Positions 58,268 through 64,000 of a DNA stretch of 64,000 nucleotides are shown piece by piece; positions within the stretch are counted from its first letter, which is position 1; the number at the start of each line of letters is the position of its first letter. The notes beneath the pieces were generated by a model. That model saw only the letters and a program-made list of their open reading frames with translations. It was not told where the DNA came from and did not search any database. Where the stretch lies: contig QPMI01000453.1 of assembly GCA_004431415.1 (NCBI GenBank), forward strand, positions 372,001 to 436,000, given 5' to 3'. This stretch comes from Cyanophora paradoxa CCMP329. Its lineage: Eukaryota > Plantae > Glaucophyta. A program made the translations under genes and the position numbers.

Positions 58268-61200
58268 CTACCAGAAGGGGCACCAGCCGATGTAGCACTG
58301 GCACAGGTTCTCGTGGCTCGTCGCCTGCTGGATCAGCTTGTCCACCTAAGGAGAGAACGAGGGAATCAGCTTGTCGACCTGATAAAAGAAGGAAAGAATC
58401 AGCTTGCGCACCTGAGTGGGGACGGCGAGGGTGACGGCGCCCGTGCCGAAGTCGCGCCCCGTGAGCTTGTTGCTCACGCGGCGGATGACGGACACCGCCC
58501 GCTCGTTCAGCACCTCCGGCGGCGCTGCGGGGGAAGGAAGGACGTCAAGGATGGGCGGGCGTCTACTTTAAATAGGATTGGACTGGATTGATTAAAGTGG
58601 ATCGGGTCGGATTCGAACAGCCGGCGCCTTCGGGCCCGAAGGCCGGTTGTCCTAATACTATACTAGTTCTAGGATACCCCGCCTGTAAGGATTGTTCTGT
58701 AAAGGATTGGATTTATAGGATTCTCCGCACCGCCTGCGCCCTCGGGCCCGAAGGCCTGCATGAAGTCCCGCTCGCGGTCGCCGCGCTGGTGCCGGGAGCG
58801 CGAGAGCGAGAGCGAGGCGGGGTTCGCCAGCTCGATCACCCCGTTCTGGAGAGAGAGGCGGGAGCGAGAGTGAGGAAGGCGAACATTGCTAGAATTTATC
58901 AGATAGAACTCGCTATTAGATTAGACAGACAGATAGGGCCCCGGGCGGACCTCGAGCTTGACGCCGGGCTTCTTCTGGCCGCCGGCGGCGGTGGTGGCGC
59001 GGGGCGAGTTCGTGGAGAGGAGGCGCCAGTTGATGAGCGGGTCGTGCACGAACGCCTCCAGCATCGCCATCACGCTGCGGTCGGAGGAAGGGGGTTAGGT
59101 CTAATTAGGAGCTTAGAGGGAAGAAGGAAGCATAGCAGATTGGAAGCCTAAGGATGCTCATGGGAAGCTTAGACGGGACTGCTGCCGTCGCTCGGTTGTG
59201 AGGCGCAATCGGTTCGAAGGCGCCGATCAGTTTGAAAAAACGAAATTATTTATAGGATTACGTAAGACGGTTAGAAGACGCTTGATAGCTGCTGGGTGGA
59301 TGCTGGAATGATGCCAGCTAGATGCTGGATTACAAGCTTAGGATACTGGAGATCCATCGCTCTCGCGGACCTGTCCTAAAATGCTGGAGATCCTAAAATG
59401 CCTAAGATGCTGGAGATCGCTATAAAAGCTTCACGATGATGGATTAAAAGTCAGCTAGAAGCTTAAGCTATGGATCGTGCGAGCGGACCTGTCCTTGTTC
59501 TCGCGGAGCACGCGGAGAACGCTCTCCGAGATCAGCCGGAAGTTCCCCTCGATCCCCGACACCTGCACGCAGATGTCAGGCGGCGGTGGAAGGTTCTTAT
59601 TCGTCCCTTCGCGTCTCTTCGCTTTGTCTCTTCGCCCCGCCCTAAGCTACGCTACGCTTCAGAAGTGTTCCGCCTTGCCCGCCCTTAAGCTTCGCCCGCG
59701 CAACTCCATGGCGTTCTAGCATGGCGCTCTAGATCTAGGCCTCTGGCTCTGGGCGGACCTCCATGGCGTTGACGAGCATGCGGGTGAGGCGGAAGGGGAT
59801 CCGCTCCGGGAACTTCTCCCGGTGCATCGCAACCTGCGCGCGCGCGGCGAGGAGGGGGCCGGTAAGGAGCGCGATGCGAGCGAGCGAGCGCAAGGGGGCA
59901 TTCATCTCTAGAATCATTAAGAAGTATCGCGAGCGCCGAGCGAGCGAGCGCAAGGAGGCATCTATCTCTAGGATCAATCTTGTCCCCATCGCTTCGGCCG
60001 CCACGCCCCGCACCTCGAAGCAGTCGCCGAAGTCGATGTGGAGGATCTTGCCCGTGTGCCGGTGCAGCATCAGGTTCGACGGGTGCCGGTCCCTGCGGGT
60101 GCACCGATCAGCTGGCTTCAGGACAATATTATTCAGAGTGTTTGAAAGGCTTTATTCAAAGTCCGCAACCGGGACAGCTGGCTGCGGCGCACCCGAGGCC
60201 GAGGATGTAGCCGACCATGGACATGACGGCGAGCGAGCGCGTGTAGTTCGTGCGCCGGTCCAGCCACACCTGCCGCGCGGGGCGCGCGGAAGGCAGGGTT
60301 GAGCACGCAAGTTCAGCAAGTTCAAGATCCTAGCTAGATTCTTTCGAGTTCGTTGAGCCGTGTTTAAGCTCCGACTTCTCTTCGCCCCGAACGTCAACGA
60401 ACCTCGGCGTTGCGGGACTTGAGCCAGAGGACCTGGTTCAGGTCCTGGCCCCGCGTGTTCTTCAGCGCGAACTCGAAGACCTCCACCTAACAAGGAAGAA
60501 AGAAGCCGATCAGATGTCATATGAAGAGATTGTTATGAGATCCAAGAAGAAGGACCTTCTGGATGAGGGTGAGGTTGTCGTAGTCGGGGGCCATCTGGAG
60601 CATGAGGCGGTGCTCCACGTTGATCATCACCTGAAGGAGGGTCAGCCACGCCGAGCCCCGAGGCGAGGCGGAGAACGAGGGCCTAGGACCTCGGCAATCT
60701 AGCCTAGCCTCGCGGACGTCTAGGTCAGCCACGGTCGCCTCTTTAGTGGCACTTTAGTGGGTCGCCTCGGTCAGCCACGACGAGCCCCGAGGCGAGGCGG
60801 AGAACGAGCGCCACGTCGGTCGTCGGTGCAGGCCCTCGGGAGTCTAGTCTACTTTCGCCTAGTCTAGCCTTCGGGTCCGTTAAGCCGAGCCGAGGTCGGC
60901 GTTCACCTTGCGGGCCTCGCGGAAGTCTTTTAGAAGACTTTTATAGAAGTCTAGGATAAGCTAAGTCAAGCTAAGCCTAGTAAAGACTCAACTCACTTAG
61001 CTTAAGCTAAGTTGAGCTACTTAAGCTTTTACTTAAGACTCAGCCAGGCCGCGGACCTTGCGGGCCTCGCGGAAGTCTAGTCTATAAGGTCACTTTAGAC
61101 TTTAGGGTCGAGTCTATAAGGTCGAGTCTAGTTTATTAGGGTCACTTTAGAAGACTCTACAAGACTTTTGAGGTTCACCTCGCGGGCGCAGTACTTCCGA

Positions 61201-64000
61201 GGCAGTGACTCGGCCTTCCTAGTTCTAGCAGATCCAGCCTTCATTATTATTACCCGAAGTAAGACTAGTAAAGACTCGACTCACTTAGCTTAAGATATGT
61301 TAAGCTTCGATTTAATTTCGCGGAGCGGACCTTGCGGGCCTCCCGGAAGGTCACTTTAGAAGACTTTTATAGATAGAAGTCTAGGTTAAGCTAAGCCTAG
61401 TAAAGATTCAACTCACTTAGCTTAAGCTTTTACTTCAGACTCAGCCAGGCTCGGCATTCACCTTGCGGGCCTCGCGGAAGTCGCGGATGAGGGAGTGGAG
61501 GGTGTCGCAGTTGGGGACCCACCCGATGAGGCCCGAGTTGGGCGAGAGCGGCACCACCGCGTACCGCTGCGGCGCGGCGCGGCGCGGCGCCCGTCAGACG
61601 GACGGGACGGGCGAGGGCGCGCGGGGCAAGGGCGAGCGGGGCGGGGGGGGGGCGGGGCGGGCGCGCCTGGATGGTGAGGTCGCGGCGGCAGGTCTCCCGG
61701 TCGTTGCTCAGGAGCGTGTTGACGAGGCCGAAGAGCTGCATCACGCGCTCGTCCTGCCGCAGGTCCTCGTGCCCCTGCCGCCGAGGAGGACATTTAGTTT
61801 AGTCAGCCTCCGCGGAATTCTATTTAGCATCGGCTAATTTATAGTTAGCCTCGGCTAAATTACAGTTATAACTAGTTAGAGTTAGTTAGAGTTAGTTAGT
61901 TAGAGTTAGTTGGAGCTAGTTAGCCAGCCTCGGCTAAATTTAAGTAATTAGAAAACGCGGAGAGGGCCGAGAGACCTTGAGGAGGAAGACGTAGTCCTGG
62001 CCGTCGGAGCCCTGGACGGTGAGCTTGCGGGGCCGCTGCTTGGAGGAGATGACGGAGAGCTGCGGCGCGAAGGCCCGGATGCACACCACCGGCTCGTTCG
62101 CCCGGTACGTCCCTGCGCCCCGCGCCCCGTCGGCGTCGACGGCATCGAGGCATCGACGGCTGGACAGGGACGACCAGCTCGAAGCTCTAACATACTAGGT
62201 CTAGAAATAAATAGGTTCTAACAGGTTTAACGGGTTCTCGAAGGGCCAGCGGGCGCGGATGGACCGAGGGCGGCGAGCTCGAGGCCTTAGGTCTTAGTCT
62301 AGAAATTCTCGGTCTCGACTAACAAGAAGGATGGGGCGGGGCGGACCGGGGACGGCGAGCTCGAGGTTGCGGGAGGCGAAGAGCTTGGGGGAGACGAGCT
62401 GGAGGTCGAGCGTCGTCAGCTGCGGCAGCTGCTTGTTGATCCGCCGGAACACGTGGTAGTACAGGTCCCACGCCTTTGCAGTCGCATGGGAGTCGGATGT
62501 GAGCTCGAAGGTCGCGGAGGAATGACACTATTGGAGGCGGGGCGGGCGGACCTGGGCGAGGTCGCTGTCCTTGCCGTTGCGCATGTACTTCTTGCACCAG
62601 TCCAGCGCCTCGATCAGGTCCCGCCCGAAAGCCTGCGCGCGCCGCCCAATTTATTAGATTCGACCGACTTTCTTTAGCAGATGGGACCGGCTGTCTTTAT
62701 TAGATTAGACCGACTGTCTTTATAAGATGGGACCGGTCGTCCAATTAGACCCACTGTTTTTAGATTAGACCGGGTGTCTAATTAGATGCGGCTGGCTTAT
62801 TACTAGACTCTATTAGAGGGCGCCCCCTCTATGAGATCCCGCCCGAACGCCTGCCGCGCACTGAGCGCTGAGCGGGCCGCCCGCGCCGGCAGAGCAAGGC
62901 ACAGGCCGACGCTCTAAGCCGCCAACTTAAGCGCCCGTTTAGTTGCGAGGTGCCGGCCGGCGCTCTCGCGCCCTCCAAGCGTCGGGCGGGCCGCCCGCGC
63001 CGGCAGAGCAGGGGCGCTCTAGGCCAAGCCCAAGCGCACCTGCTGGAAGCTCATCTCGCGCATCGTCTCCGGGCCCTTGTCCATCAGGTGGTGCAGCGGC
63101 GCCAGCGTCTGCGGCAAGACGAAGTAGCGGATGAGATGGAGTGGGATGGGGCGGAACAGACAGATTAGATAGATAGATAGATAGACAGCGTCGACGTCTC
63201 AAGCTTGGAGCATTATAAACAAGATAATAGATAATAGATCAAACGGAATCGATGAGACGAGATAGATACACGGCACAGAGCTTAGAGGTGGTTCTTAGAG
63301 CTAAGCTAGACATGGCGTTTAGCTAAGCTAGAACATTATAAACGTTATAACAACAACAATATAAGGACCTGGAGCATGGCCTCGACGTTGTGGTCGCCGA
63401 AGTAGAGGCGGCTGGCCTCCTCGAGGCCCTCGTGCCACATCTCGTGCCAGAGGATGGCCACCCGGATCAGCTCCTGCGACACCAGCAGCGCCTGCGCGGT
63501 GGAGGAGGAGGGGTGGGCAGGAGGAAAGTGAGGTGGGCAGGAGGGGGGCGGAGCCGTCTTATAAGGCATAGTTGTCGAACTCTTGTTTCTATCAGAGTCT
63601 TTAGGGGTCCTTTATTAGCGTTTATTATTAGCGTTATTAGCGTAAAGTGAGGAGGAGGCGAGGAGGATGGGAAGGTTAGAGACACTGAAGACTTTGTTGA
63701 AGATCTTTTCTAGGAGTGTTTTCGAGGTGTTTGCGTCTCGCGGACCGGCTTTTAGAAGTCTTAAAGAGTCTTATCATCGAGGTCTTTAGAATTCCTAAGA
63801 GTCCTCAAAAGGTTATCTATTTATTCTATTTTTATTTCGCGGACCTGCTCGACGAGGGCGGGGCTGTGCTGGCGCATGGCGTTCATGACGGAGACGGCGG
63901 CGGCGCGCCGCGAGGCCGACTGGCTCTTCGAGGCGACGGTGAGCGAGTAGACCAGCGCCTGCGGGTGCTGCCTCCCAACCTGGACGAGGGCGGAGGGAGG
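58268..64000 (-). CDS. TOR: Target of rapamycin kinase, 3' part (end of FAT, FRB, kinase, FATC)
   Basis: Exons read [15 protein letters not shown]; [25 protein letters not shown]; AWDLYYHVF; SKQRPRKL...FLLK|[19 protein letters not shown]; YILGLG|DRHPSNLML...HIDFGDCFE; [12 protein letters not shown]; and [12 protein letters not shown] (TAG at 58270-58268). Confidence 0.98.
60630..61485. repeat. TOR intron built from duplicated exon-end/donor segments and TA-rich filler
   Basis: CCTTGCGGGCCTC(G/C)CGGAAG occurs at ~60906, ~61056 and ~61330, and at the true exon end ~61461. Confidence 0.9.

Noticed and set aside
1-64000. Stop-codon reassignment
   Set aside because: TOR ends at TAG exactly after CPFW, the kinase at TAG and BORCS8 at TGA. 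Apparent internal stops resolve as introns.

Overview
This is GC-rich, intron-dense eukaryotic nuclear DNA from an alga or protist (the style recalls a glaucophyte such as Cyanophora; unverified guess). It uses the standard genetic code. Donors are mostly GTGCG/GTCCG/GTGAG, with several GCGCG (GC-AG). Most long ORFs in the track are antisense or off-frame shadows, so I rebuilt the genes by hand from exons. Left to right: (1) a LamG + WD40 gene (-, runs off the left edge); (2) an ARM-repeat protein with a poly-Q tail (-, 14853-6492); (3) a membrane hybrid histidine kinase, Cache-like/HAMP/HisKA/HATPase/REC/REC (+, ends 27398); (4) a 5.4-kb gag-only LTR retroelement with identical 281-bp LTRs and an ATCTG target-site duplication (27436-32816); (5) VPS13 (-, 54922-35085) head-to-head with BORCS8 (+, 55107-55685); (6) the 3' part of TOR (-, stop at 58268). 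Best leads: the LTR element's priming region (a tRNA-sized cassette with Pol III-type boxes, antisense to and just inside a tRNA-Asp-type PBS that lacks its first T, plus extra PBS copies and three anti-PBS hairpins beside the PPT); a RIP-like CpG/CpA-to-TpA signature in introns built from duplicated splice-site segments; 5-nt microexons in both receiver domains, one carrying the phosphoacceptor Asp; and reciprocal inverted 3'-end duplications suggesting that the VPS13-BORCS8 block was inverted.
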